NCBI GenBank assembly: GCA_973895155.1
Contig: OZ316894.1
Coordinates: forward strand, 7,774,234 to 7,838,233
Direction: 5' to 3'
Source of the DNA: Marsupella aquatica
Lineage: Eukaryota; Plantae; Marchantiophyta
DNA length: 64,000 nt
Of this stretch, positions 38,509 to 51,300 are shown piece after piece (the first letter of the stretch is position 1; each line of letters opens with the position of its first letter). The notes under the pieces were generated by a model that did not search any database, had not been told where the DNA came from, and was given only the letters and a program-made list of their open reading frames with translations. The position numbers and the translations under genes are program-made.

Positions 38509-39568
38509 TCGTGGATCATGGTCTACTGTTTGATGCACATGCTGATAATGCTAGATCAGTGATGGGCTATGTAGATGCTGACTATGCACAGAATCTGGAT
38601 CGAAGGAGGTCAACAACAGGTTATGTGTTCACACTTGGCGGTGGATGCATAAGTTGGAGGTCTACTTTGCAGAAGTATATTGCTCAGTCTACTACAGAAG
38701 CGGAGTATGTTGCAATAGCAAAAGCAACTAAGGAAGCAATTTGGTTGGATAGACTGATCACTGAGATGGGATTGCCAGAGGGGAATGTGAAGTTCCATTG
38801 TGATAGTCAGAGTGCGCTCCACCTGGCTGTGAACCAGGTTATGGACAACAGAGTGACACACATTGACATCAGGTACCATTTTATCAGGCAGGTTGTGTCT
38901 GATAATATGTTTGAGCTAGTCAAGATTGACGGTAAACTCAACTCGACTGACGCTTTTACCAAAGTGATTCATTTGAAGAGTTTTTCTAGGCACCGTGATG
39001 CGTTGCAGGTTTTGCAATTGCCTCACAAGTAGGGTTACTTAACATTTGTGTAGATACTGAGATATGCTCTTGCTCATTCCTTGTATAGGCTACAACTTAG
39101 TTCTGGTCTACTCTCGTATAAAGAGGGAAAAACTGGTTTGGTTTTTCTTTCCAGAACTTCCCGTTGAGCAATCATATTGGTAGTAGTCTTTACCCTCCCC
39201 TAGACCAGAGTCAAGGGGGAGATTGTTAGGATTTATTCTTAGGTCTAGAGTTATGACTGTACCATAGTTAAGGCTAACCTTAGTCGTAGACTTGGTTAGG
39301 TTAGTCATGCTGTGCACACTCTATAACCAAGCGGTGTTTGCTTGGAGAGAGGGAACTCAGGCTCATTGTTACGGAGCTAGTTGAGAGATAGAGAGAGCTT
39401 GCGCTGTGGATGTTTGGTATGGCCAGTTGGCCTAGAGTACAATAAAGCTCATGTGTATTCCCGTGGACGTAGCCTCATGTGGAGGTGAACCACGTATCTC
39501 TCTGTGTCGACTATTGTGCGTTGGATGGTTCATGGGCTTGCCATTGCGATTGTCGTCTATGCTCAACA

Positions 39569-42500
39569 TCAGAATGCTCTCATCCACCACAATACATCAT
39601 CGTAAACAAACTCTACTTCTAGCCTGAAGTGATCCATATATCCTCGATTGATCCATAGTACCCTTTCCCTATTTACCATCTCCTTGGCCCTGAGCAGCCT
39701 CGTATGTCTATTGCTAGCCGATAAGGTGAGTATCACCGTTGCAACATGATCCGCCACTTTAGAGAGCATGAAGCGCAAGTCCATCTTCCTGGTTCCCTCA
39801 ATCTTGAACATGTGCTCATTCCCGCCATTCCACAGCATCCAGAGAATCTGGTATAGCATAAATAATTTCACTACTTTACAGGGGTTCTTTCCGATAGCAG
39901 AATCAATCATTCCAATCATTCCTCCAGAGTGATCCGCAAATGCCCCATCAAAGCATCCAATACATAAAGCCTAGCATTTCTGTGTATGTGCACAGTCAAT
40001 GAAAAGGTGGGGAATTGATTCTAAAATGCCAGACAGGGCACAGCTTGCACTTGCCACTTCCTTTTCCTATCCTTGTCGCCCTCACACAAGTAAACAATCT
40101 AGATGCTATTATCCTCCACAAAAAGGTCTTGGCCCTCATGGACAGTCCAGAACTCCATATTCCAGTCCATCCAGTACTAACTCCACTCTCCTGTTGTCCA
40201 AAGAATCCCCCACGTCCGGTTCAAACTGAGGGTGTCGCTATACTCAGTCTGAATCATCCTATAAGCTCTTCTATTCTGAATTCCAAAGCTCTTCAGTGGA
40301 TCCGGACAGTCTGCCCAGCACCAGCAACGAGGACCAAGCTCATCCTGAGCCACGGTGGCGTAGTCATTACTAGTGGTATCACAGTGGATTTCCGTAAGTT
40401 AAGTCGAGCCCCTTTTGCCAATTCGTAGCATTTCACCACTTCTGATACCTGTTGAAAGTTTTTCTCCTTTGCCGGGATAAACATCCCCAAGTCATCCGCG
40501 AACAGACGGTAACAGATGGTTAGTATCTCTGAGACTTGTATTCCTTCCAGCCTGCCCGCAGCCAGTTCGGCATCCATAAAATCCATCAGTGGCTGTGTTG
40601 AGATCACAAAAAGGAGAGGAGACAAGGGGCATCCTTGTCTGACCCCCCGTTTGAGCCCAATATCAGATGAGAGCATTCCATTCAGGTGTATCCTTGATGT
40701 AGTGTGTTGCATCAATGCCTGCACCAACTTAATGAAATTGCTGCTGATACCGAGAAAGTGCATAGTTTCCCAAATGTATCCCTGGTCTACCCGGTCAAAT
40801 GCCTTCTCGAAGTCAAGTTTAAGAAAAAGTGCCTCATACTTCCTAATTTTCACCCAGTCAAAAGTCAACCATGCCAGTGATATATTCTCCTGTATATTTT
40901 GGCCAGGGATAAACCCTGTCTGCTGGGGGCTAATTAGCCAGGGCAGAATACATATCAGCCTACGAGCCAAGATTTTGGCAATCAACTTATATACTGTGTT
41001 AAGCATGGTTAGTGGCCGCCAGTCCTTTAGCATCCGTTTATCCGCCTTCTTGGGGATGAACTTGATGACCCCTCTTTGACCCCACTCGCCAGCTTTCCTG
41101 TCAACCAAAATTCTTGTATCATGGCCACCAAGTCGTCTTGCAAGAAATCCCAGCAGGCCTGGTATACCTCTGTAGACAGCCCATCCGGTCCCGGTGCCTT
41201 GTCCTTTGGGAGCATCCAAAGGGCCTCTTTGATTTCCATGTTTGTGGGCAGCTTCTCCAACTTGGTTATCTCTGCTGTGGTCAGTGCCGCCCTAGTATGC
41301 TCAAGCAACCTATTGCGTTCGTTTAGTGAAATCAATCGCTCCCCTTGTGATGGGTCCCCAGGAGCAAACAATTCCAGGCAAGTTTGTTCCACCTCCTTCA
41401 TTATGTGCACCGGATCTGTAATCACAGTCCCACCTTCCAACAACAGACTCTTCATTGCTTCTCATTCTCTCTTAGCCTTAATAGTTGCAAAGTAGAAGTG
41501 AGATGGTTCACCTCCCTCCCCCAACCATTTGATTCGCACCAATCGTCTTCCTCTGTGTGCCTCCTCTAGCTCCGCAGCATGTAGTAAGTCCTCTGTGTCA
41601 ACGTACTCTCTAAGTTCATTTTCAGAGTATTCCTCCATTATGGTCGTCTTCAGCACCCTTAATTTATCCCGCAACAACAACAGTTCTTCCTCTCTTTGCT
41701 TAGGTGACCCTTGCTTCTCAATGTACATTTTCCTCATATTGCGACTGGCCTTATCTAAAGCCATTACTGGTTCAGTACACCCCCCTTTCCCTTCCATCCA
41801 TGCCCACTCAAGTGCTTCCACTGTTCCTTCCATTTTCACCAGGGCTGGGTTCACTTTGAAAAGTGTCAATCGCACCCTTCCTCCCACAGCCTGTACACCA
41901 TTCGTAAGTTGCACACTCAGGACCACCGGATCGTGGTCCGAGAGGGCCGAGCCCCCATCATGCTCAAGTTCCCCCATCAATTTGATCCATTCCCCATTGT
42001 TACTAAAGTACAATCTGTCCAGCCGGGATTGTGTCAATATCCCATTCCTGCTTCTGCGCCATGTGTATCTAGACCCCTTGTCAATTCCTTTGAATTGTAT
42101 AGCATCCACCAGGTTGAATCGCACCTTCAAAAATCTCCAAAATTTGGCCTCACGTCCTTTTATCAAGGGAGAGTTGCCTGTGGAATCCTCCCGCATCTCC
42201 GTCATATTAAAGTCCCGGCATGAAATCCAGTAGGCCAGGGGCAATCCTAGTTTAAGCTCATTCCAGAGGGTTGCCCTCCTCCTGGGAAAATTGGGGGCAT
42301 AGACACTGATTATTTCAAAGTTACATTCTTCATAAGCTAGAAGCGCCCATACAGCTCTTCCAAGTCAAACACACCTGAATCCACAATTTTGATCCCCGGA
42401 TGTATTAATTAGTAGCGATGTGGCCCCACGCCCCTCGTCCGGGGCCGATGTAATACACTAATACGATGGCAGTATCACCCTCATAGCCACGTCAAGCCTG

Positions 42501-42645
42501 AACTGATCCGCCTTAATCTCCTGCAAGGCTAGAATTTCCACCCTTCCCTTTATGGACTCAATCCACTTCTTAACTACGTTCTTCCTATTGGGCTCACACA
42601 GCCCGCACACGTTCCAGGATGCAATTCTCAACAGTTCCCCCATCT
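39569..42645 (-). pseudogene. LINE ORF2 (APE endonuclease, RT, zinc finger), frameshifted
   Basis: IASWNVCGL, LALQEIK, DFN, SRLDR, SDHDPV, KAPGPDG, WRPLTMLN, KLDFEKAFDRV, GVRQGCPLSPLLF, LFADD, CKLC..PHLFIDC. Confidence 0.95.
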
Positions 42646-42666
42646 CTCCCTTGTTCTTCCCCTGAT

Positions 42667-44700
42667 TTAGATACGAGCACGTCCACCAAAAGAAGTACCA
42701 GAGCCCGCACTCCCCCACCTCCGGTGGGTCGGAGTAGCCATTGCAATTTCACCTGTCTCCTCCATTTGATAATCCACGTTCAGCTCCACAGGGTTCCTCT
42801 TACCAGTCCAAACCTCCGGTCCTGGTGTGTTGGCAATGTCAATTGTCACTCCCTCAGTCATGTTTGCAGAGTCCAGCCTCTTAATTTCTGCAGTAGGGAC
42901 AGAAGAGTGTGAGAATTTCAGAGATTGTTGCTTTTTAGGTTCTTGGGAAACTCTATCCTTCTTAGCTGCCGGAGGTGTCCTTTTGTCTGGCTTCCTCGCT
43001 GTCTTTCCCCTTACTTGAGACGCATGCTTCATATTTCGACATATCTACGTCAGTATCCCCATGATAGGAAGATCCGTTCAGCTCAGCACTTTTGCTGTGG
43101 GAATCCAGCGATGCTACTAGCTCGTCTGTGGCCGCCCCCACTTCAACAGGAGTAAAAATCGCTGCCCCAGCATCCAGAGGAATTAAGGGCAAGGTGTCAA
43201 TGGTCACTGCAATAGGGGACTCTACCCGGCCCGGCTCATTCAACATCGTCTGCTTCTCTTTGTTCGCATCCACCACTCGCCTAGAGTTCTTCAATTCAGT
43301 CCCTCCATCCTAGGGTTGGCCAGAGGGGAATCAACTTCAGCTCGCATAAGAGCTTCAACAGCTTGAATATCTGCAGTCACTGTGCCTTCCTCTCTACTGG
43401 CAATTGGGCCCGCTCCCATCCTTACTCTTAAGTTCATGACTAATTGCGTCCTAAGCACCTCTTCTGGGTCTCCTTTGGCAACCGCGTCCAATTCCTCCGG
43501 AGTGTCATCGATGTCCTCCCCATTCTTTTCTTTGTTCGCTTCCACCATTACATTTCTCTCTTCTCTACACTCCCGAGCCAAGTGGCCCCGCTTGTTACAC
43601 TTGAAACAATGGTAAGGTATGTTCTTGAATAGTATATGCTGCCAGATGACAATGTCATCCCTGATCCTCACACAAGCACTCTTTGGCACTTCTCGTTCTG
43701 TATCCCAGAGAATACAGGCTCTATCATGGGGATACAAGTTGTATTCAGCACCCTGAATGTAATGAAGCAGCTTACCCAAGGACTCCGCAATCCTGATGCG
43801 GCACCCTTCCAACACCAGAGCTCGAAAAGGGAGCTCAATCCAGACAAGGAGCTTAGTAAACTTTTCAGCCCGTATATCGAATGAGGGGTCCCAAGGAAAT
43901 GTGTATACCAGCTTGCGCTCAAGGAACCATGGTGCAGGCGACAAGGCAAGGTCTCTGTGATCCGCATTTTCAAACACCACCAAGTAAAAACTTTTTCCAA
44001 CAAAGTTGATTTGTAGCACCGGCCAATTTCTCCCCTCAACCATCCATTCTTCAATCCATGCTCAAAACCCCGGTAGCATAGGAGTCCAATCCGTAAAGTA
44101 GCACCGCATACCGCAGTTGTAAAGTTGCCTGACATTGCATGCAGCTTCCTCAAGATTCCAGTCTACAATCGTGAACAACTTAGTACTCCACTCTCCCTTG
44201 GAATTAGCTGCGATTTCTTTTAGAATTTTGATGCATTCCTCGGATACCTCAGGCCCCTCCTCTCCCTCCGGGTGTTTGCCCGCCCCCACCTCCTTGATCC
44301 TTGGCTCAGCACTGCGCTCCTATTGAGGATCCAATTCGATTCCCGTTGCGCCTCGATGAATTGTTGCCTGAGAGTGGGAGTCCGTGGACTTACGGATCTC
44401 CTCCGTTTCTTGTGGCAGCTCAATGTCTTTCCCTCTACGTCCTGTATCCGCCTTGTCAAATAGATCATATTAAGGTTCCTGCGTCTTAAACTGCGGCTGT
44501 CTGTAATAGGGACCAAGCATGCCTCTTCCCATGGGGGGAGCTGAACTCCGAGAGTCTTGTTTACTAAATCTTTCGCTTGCCTCCCTAGCATGTGCACTGA
44601 GTCCTTCCCTATTCCCTGGGGGAGCCAAGCCCGTGTGGCTGCTAAGTTGTTCTACCCTATTCTTTCCTACCTCAGCCCCGGTTCAAGTAATCGACATAAC
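42667..44700 (-). pseudogene. LINE ORF1 (DUF4283-like region plus CCHC zinc knuckle), frameshifted
   Basis: APWFLERK..PWDPSFD..VWIELP..IAESLGK..CFKCNKRGHLAREC (ORF 43291-44043). Start position uncertain. Confidence 0.85.
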
Positions 44701-46016
44701 TTGGCTATGTCAGACAGTTATATCAGAAAGTGAAACAGAGAGATGTCCCTTCTCACCTCCCACTTGAAGTATACTCGATTGCCTGTAGCTCCCCGCCGAT
44801 CTTCAACCAGACTTCGTTGAAATCCCGTCTCTAGTTACTTGGATGGCTGCTGGTTTGGCCGAGTCTCCACTTTCACCACTTCCGCCCGTGCTCCTGCTTG
44901 CCCAAATGCTTCCAAGTGCGATCGATCCCTCCTTCCATACCTTCCTTGCTTACCTCCCCTTCACCGTTCGAACATTTACTGTTCTCTTATTCAGCAAACA
45001 ACGGTTTTACCGCCTATACCCACTCTTTGGAGAGCCCTAATCCTCCCTTTTTCATGCGCTCGACCTTTCCCCAACCAAATCAATTACTGCTAATCACAAA
45101 CAGTGGGGAATCACAACCGTCTTGTCCTGTCAGATTACCAAGTCTAACAATGATCCAGAGTGATGACCCAGCCAAGAACATCCAACCTTCTCAAGTCCGC
45201 TGTGCTCCTCAGTTTCTCAATCTCCTTCAGTGTCACACCTTTCCTTCCCCGTTCTTAGCATATTCGTTCTTTAAATCAATATTGCATGGCAATGTTTCCT
45301 TTGTAAAGAAAGGTGCTCTTTTTTAAGTTAACTTGCATTTAGAAAATTGGAACTTCCCTTGGATTTAGCTCGAGTTTTTGAGGTGTATGCAGTCGTTTCT
45401 TTCAGAGATGTCTCAAGTGCAGTTGTTCTACTTGAGGCTTGGCCGTTGCTTGTTTTGGGAAGTGGATTTCCTTTCCAAAAGAGTTCTTCTGGGAGCTAGG
45501 GCTCTAGCGGTAGGCCATGGCTCCTAGTCTGCTAGTGTTTGGGTTTGCCCTTCAGTCCTAAATGTAATGTCTATAATTGGGGCTGTTGAGTTGTCCAAGC
45601 AGTTTGCCCCGTGAAATCGTCAAAACTAAAGTTTTTCATGCTCTAATATCTTGGGATGGTTTTGTATCAAGGTCTCTCCTTGAAATGATACGATTATTGT
45701 AGGGAGTTTTGTCCCAATTTTGACTGCAATATCTGCCTATTCCGTTCATCAATTTCCAAAATTTGTCTCCATTCTATGTGGATAATGTGTGTATTGAAGA
45801 GTGTGCTTTCCAATTTCCAATAGTATTGAAGAGTGTGCTTTTCAATTTTGTCCATAACAGTTTTGCTCATTCCTCTTTGTTTTCTTCAACCAATGCACTT
45901 TTTCGTAAATCGGGGATTCTTTGCGTCTCCGGTCTTAGCAAATCTTCTTCTCTCTCCTTGTCATAGCTTTGTGAAATTGATCAAGCTCTATGTACTTTGA
46001 GTAGCGGGCTTAGGGA

Positions 46017-46487
46017 GAGATAAGTAATCTCATCAGTTATCAGTCACTTTCATTAGTGTACCTGATATCAGCTGCCACATCATCTCAAAGAGGCCGCCAA
46101 GTTGCGATGAGAAAAAAAAAATGAAGAAAAAAAAATCTTGAATTTTTCTTCAAAATTTGAAGGAAAACTCTTTTTTTTCAAATTTTTTTTCGCCATGAGG
46201 CATCCGTACCGTACGGACACCTATCTCGGCGAGCCCAGCTGAGATGGGAAAAAAATTTCTGAATTTTTTTTCTTTTTTGGGAAAATTTTTGGTTTTTTTT
46301 TTTCCACAATTTTTTTCGGTCCGTACGCCCCATCTTGGCGAGGCCAGCTGAGATGGGAAAAAATTTTCAAATTTTTTCTTTGCGGGAAATTTTTTTTTGG
46401 ATTTTTTTTCGGTCCATACGCCCATCTCGGCATCAAGGTAATTATGGCAAAATATTGAGCATCTTTTTACGCGAGATAACTGATATC
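46017..46487. mobile_element. MULE-like MITE (same family as 13072-13711) with a rearranged right end
   Basis: Left end catcagttatcagt..gccacatcatctcaaagaggccgccaa matches 13087-13157. 9-bp TSD gcttaggga at 46008-46016 and 46488-46496. Confidence 0.75.
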
Positions 46488-48399
46488 GCTTAGGGATGGT
46501 AGCGTTTCTTCATAATTTTATCCCTAACCTCTTAATAATTTCTAGAAGAAACACAATTCCTTCACATGCGGTCCTAACCATCATCTCTCAAAGCTACGAG
46601 TGATCTCTTCTGGAAAGTTTGATGGAATGCTTGCATATGCAATCTATGTGTATATATAGCCTCTTGTCAGATGCGCACCAAGGTAATTATGGCAAAATAT
46701 TTTTTCTTTTTACGTTCACCACATCAACTATGTCCAATATATTTTACTGAACATCGATCAGTCTCCAAAAGCTTAGAGCATCTCCTAAATTCAGGCACCC
46801 AAGAATAGTTCAGAAAAATGTTGGAAGTCAACTTTGTAGCAATTGACTTCCCACTTGGAAGCCATCGTTCAGAATTAAGTGTCTCCTATGTTTTTGTTTT
46901 CATGAACATTGAGAATTATAATCTTCTCAGAATCGGTAGAGTCCATGTGCTTCAATGTTGTTGCATAACTTTCTCTCTGTAACCACAAAATTCTCATCCA
47001 TAGCTTCTTGGGAGGGGCAGTTTGTGTCAAATCTATAAACATTCAATGTAGATATGACCTTTCTCCCAAAGAAAGTTGCTCATGGAGAGCTATGTGCTGA
47101 TAACATGTTACAAGGTAGGTAATCTTGTAATAGATTAACACACCAATACACCAGCAAGAATAAATAATATCCATTAGAGGTCCAAGAGATATATACATAT
47201 GGAGGTAGTTATGGTAACTACCTCTTCCCTAAACTCTAGATGTTAACCTAAACCATTGGTTATAACAATAGGTTCAGTTGGATTGTCAACCTCGTTGCTA
47301 TTCTGACCTTGCTACATATTCCAAGTTGGCTCTACTTGTTGCAAAGTTGACAAAAAATAGTTTTCCATATATTCCATTGATATTTTATTATATCTATTTG
47401 CCAATAATCTTTGAGTAGCTTGAAATTCTTATTTTGATGGCCCAAATTTATTTGGGATTTCTGCTTCCAAGGCTTCACCCTAAATCTATTCCTTGTAAAG
47501 TTTTTTGAAGAGGTCCAGGAATTTTGTTGTAAAATGACCAGCAAACCATCACTTTGATAGTCTCCTTTGCTAGACCCGGTACGAGATCTCTTATAAGTTA
47601 TTTCAGACCTATTGAATATTTTGAGAATAAAAATAAAATATCAATAATTTGATGCATTTTTTAATTTTTATATATTTGTAAATATAAACATTGTTAATTG
47701 TATTGAGAGTATAAAATTAGTTTCTCTCAATTTTTTAAATGGTTTTAAATATTTTTTTGTATGTGATATACTGTATAAAAATCAAATACATTTGTTTGCA
47801 CATTTTATTGAAATTTAAATGAAATCAGAATTATATTTGAATAAATTTTAAATGGTACTACTATTTAATATTGTTGACAAGTTCTTTCATATAGTATGAT
47901 TTTTTGCTGTTAATTCTATTTTTTATTTATATTTGTTTATTATTATTATAAATTGGTTAATGTTATTTTATTATTTTATATGTAAATTGTTACTTGTCCT
48001 ATGCATTTTCAGAGTATAATTTTGATTCTCTAGCCCACCATTAAAAGTAGAAGTCTTTATTTTATTTCTTTTAATATCTAAATTATGGATTTATCAACTT
48101 TTAAACCATTTTTTTCTATTTTCAGTCTGTAAATTAAACATTGTTATTTGAAATTTTTTCGTGAAGTTTCATTTTCTACACAATTTTGAGTCATACCATC
48201 AAAAAGATAATTTTTGCATAATTCTTTCAGTATGTAATTTACCGAGTTGTTTCTAAGGTTTAATTTGTTTAGCAATTTGGATACCTGCAATGGTTTATAG
48301 TTTTCAATATGAGTGTGACGTATAAAGAAATAACAAAGAATATACATTGTCAGAAAATAGGAAACTCCATAGGAACATAAGAATTACTTGAGAATTAAA

Positions 48400-51300
48400 G
48401 AAAAAGGATGAGAGATATTTAGGATGAGAGGTATTTAAACAAGAGCCAAAGAAAATATTGAGGTTAGTTGAATCACCCAACCTCAACAATTTGTGCGCTC
48501 ATAAAGAGGTTTTTCCCCGTGAAAGGAAACAGTAAACAAAAATTATCATAACAGCAAAAATGGTCAAAGATAACAGGAGTTTTGTGCGCAATGCCGAAAG
48601 AAAATTCCCACTTTAGGGACCAAAATTACACTGCAATTTGAACTGAGCAACTGTAATATATGTAACAGATACAATTATTATAGACAGAAATCTTTACTAG
48701 CGCCAAAGATTTTCTACACATGAAGGCACCATTTGATAATAGCTCAAGAATGCTTGCAACAAAAATCATCACAAGAGCAATAGAAGTACATATAAATCGT
48801 AACCAAGTAAGTATTTGCAATTCTTGAGTGTTTGGATCTGGAATGTTATGCTCTCTCAAGCTGATCCCTCATTTAGCGCAAGCCAACTCTAGTGCATCTC
48901 CATTGATATATAAGGATAATCAATGAACTTGCTCTTCTCCTATAGATGAGACGGGAGATGAGATTGTCTTGCTGATTGAGTCTTCATCCCTTTGCTAAGC
49001 ATAGACACTCCATATATGGTGGTCCGCCAAGAGGCAACGGATTGTTGTATAGAACATTATGACCAAAGAAATTGTTAGTTCATCTATGTATATACCAATA
49101 TTCACGCTCAAAACTATCTGTAAATAATTAAAGCTTACAGACTCAAAAAATGTTTTTCTAGAGGGTTTGGGTCAAAGTCACATTAATAGCTTTTGGCGCT
49201 AGTAATGTTCCTTTTTTCCTACATTTTTTGCCTAAAATTTCTCTTGTAAATTTCTCAAAATGGTGCTATTATGGAGGGTCCAAGCTATTATAGCCCAATT
49301 TTCTAAACTTTTTCTCATAAATACACTCAATATGATGTTATTTTAAAGGGTCCAAGCGAGTGTGACATTACTAGCTCCCGGCGCTAGTAATGTTAATTTA
49401 TTTTTATAGCCCAATTTTCTAAAAAAATTCTCATAAATACACTCAATATGCTGTTATTTTAAAGGGTCCAAGCGAGTGTGACATTACTAGCTCCCGGCGC
49501 TAGTAATGTTAATTTATTTTTATAGCCCAATTTTCTTAATTTTTTCTCATAAAGACACTCAAAATAGTGTCATTTTGAAGGATCCAAACTGGTGTGATAT
49601 TACTAGCTCCCGGCGCTAGCAATATACTTTCATTTTTATTCCCTTTTTGCTTGTTGTTTTATGTAACATGCTCAAAATACTCTCATTTTGGAGGGTCTAG
49701 GTGGGTGTGACATTACTAGCTCTTGGCGCTAGTAATATTTTATCATTTTTATTACTCTTTGCTTACTTATTTTTTTAAACATGCACTCATATAGTGTCAT
49801 TTTGGAGTGTCTTGGTGACTTGAATATTATTAGCTCTCGGTGCTAGTAACATTTTTAAATGTTTTATACTAATTTTAGCTCAATTTTTGTATAAAAATTC
49901 TTAAAATAATATCATTCTTAGAGGGGATCAAGCCAAGTAGGATATTACCAGCGCCCGACGCTAGTAACATTTGTACCTTTTTTATTAAATTTGTTTTATG
50001 GGTTTATGTTTATTATTTCTTGTAATTAACGCTTCTGCCAAATTTTCTTTAAAAAATGATGGATGTTTCTACACATAAATGTGTCATTTGATGATAGCAC
50101 CTAATACTTTTATCAATCAATACGTCAACTAAATATGATTTATGATAGCGCCTAGCGCTATTATACATTCTGCACAAGATTTTAGGACTATTGAGATAGC
50201 AATTAGGTACTAAATTAGGGATTATATCATATAAATATATTCAATTTGTCTCAATTTCTTTTGCATCTGGAGCTATTATGGGATTTATTCCTAGATTTAA
50301 TCCAAGAGTTTAATCTTCATGACCTTTAAACACATCAAATTATGCCAATTTGTATAGTAGAGTATGATATTACTATCATATTTTCCTTGTTCTATACTAG
50401 ATATTTTGGGGTCACTAGAGAGCGTCAAACTCTAATCCTATTGTAGCCCAAAATGTTTCTCATTTCTTAAGCACCTCACCTTCTTAATATGAGAATAATT
50501 TAGAAGTGTTTCTAAGAAATTTTATGAAAATAACAACAACCCACATATATAGAATCAACAACTTGAAAAATATAATGATGTTTGTGGTTAGGAAAAGACA
50601 ATATAAGCACTAGTCAAATTAATATTGTCCCAGATTTTCTTGCGAAACAAAGATTCAAATTACACTTGGTTTTATAATTTGATCCCATTTGTGTGTATAT
50701 CCGTCACATGGGTTCATAAATTCTTGTTACCCATGTGAAATTATATCCATACATTGTTTTATGTTCAAGAAATTACAAAAAAATCCATGAGATTTCATAT
50801 ATTGAAGGTTTGATTTAATTAGGAATTAGATTAAAAAAATCTTCCAAATGAGGATTTTTTTGGCCAAGACTGTGCCCCTCACATAAGCACTCTTTCAATA
50901 ATCTTGATGTACACTTTAAGTCTCTTCTTTAGAATTTAAAGAGGATCAGATTTGGCCAAATGCAAGAAATACGCACTTGGTTTATAGGAGAAGTATATTG
51001 CATTTTTGTAAGCGTTCAACAAACATACGAATTTGTTGTATATTAATTGTAAATCTTGTCACTATGTAAAGACTATGATGGTATTTTGGCTAGCGTCAGG
51101 AGGGGGTGTTAATGATAACCCTTGCCAAAATGCTAAGTATCCACTGAAAAAATACAAATTACATATTTTCCAATAAACCATGCACATTTTGTTTGCCTAA
51201 CATGTGATGTAATTTGCTAATTATAACCCTTGCAACTAATATGAAAACGTATCATTGTATTTTGGCTAGCGCCCGACGCTAGTAAACTTATCAAATTATG

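Larger units (their letters stand above)
31562..39032 (+). pseudogene. Disrupted copia gag-pol (gag, protease, integrase, RT, RNase H)
   Basis: KYDGRSHYLLWEKQI, WILD, VRYVPSMRKNLISLG, HSDVWGP, LRSDNGGEY, YKARLVAKGF, QMDVVTAFLYG, LYVDD, GYVDADYAQNLDRRRSTTGYVF, HIDIRYHFIR. Many stops; two nested insertions. Confidence 0.95.
28895..39568 (+). mobile_element. Tnt1-like Ty1/copia retrotransposon with a rearranged left end
   Basis: TSD tcaga at 28890-28894 and 39569-39573. 3' LTR 39224-39568 follows PPT caagggggagat. PBS tgatatcagagc (tRNA-Met-i type) at 29016. Left end is an inverted U5 (28895-28969) plus a 44-bp forward U5 (28970-29013). Confidence 0.9.
28726..45238 (-). mobile_element. Near full-length L1-clade LINE, 3' UTR interrupted by a copia
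   Basis: TSD ctttc(a/c)ttccccgttctt at 28708-28725 and 45239-45256. A-rich tail near 28735-28753. ORF1 and ORF2 remnants; the 3' UTR rejoins across the copia TSD tcaga. Confidence 0.85.
27497..47267 (-). mobile_element. Non-coding Bianca-type LTR element (LARD/TRIM-like, ~2.7 kb own sequence) expanded to 19.8 kb by nested insertions
   Basis: 162-bp LTRs at 27497-27658 and 47106-47267 (2 differences). TSD atagg at 27492-27496 and 47268-47272. Minus-strand PBS tgttatcagcaca at 47093-47105 and PPT-like aaaggggtg at 27659-27667. The 3' motif ggttttaatgag is shared with the 15683 element. Confidence 0.88.

Noticed and set aside
40516-42233. Long plus-strand ORFs (187, 139 and 234 aa)
   Set aside because: Antisense shadows of LINE ORF2 with no independent motifs.
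49150-49990. CRISPR-like array of palindromic repeats
   Set aside because: The intervening sequences are homologous to each other (a true tandem repeat), the context is eukaryotic and there are no cas genes.
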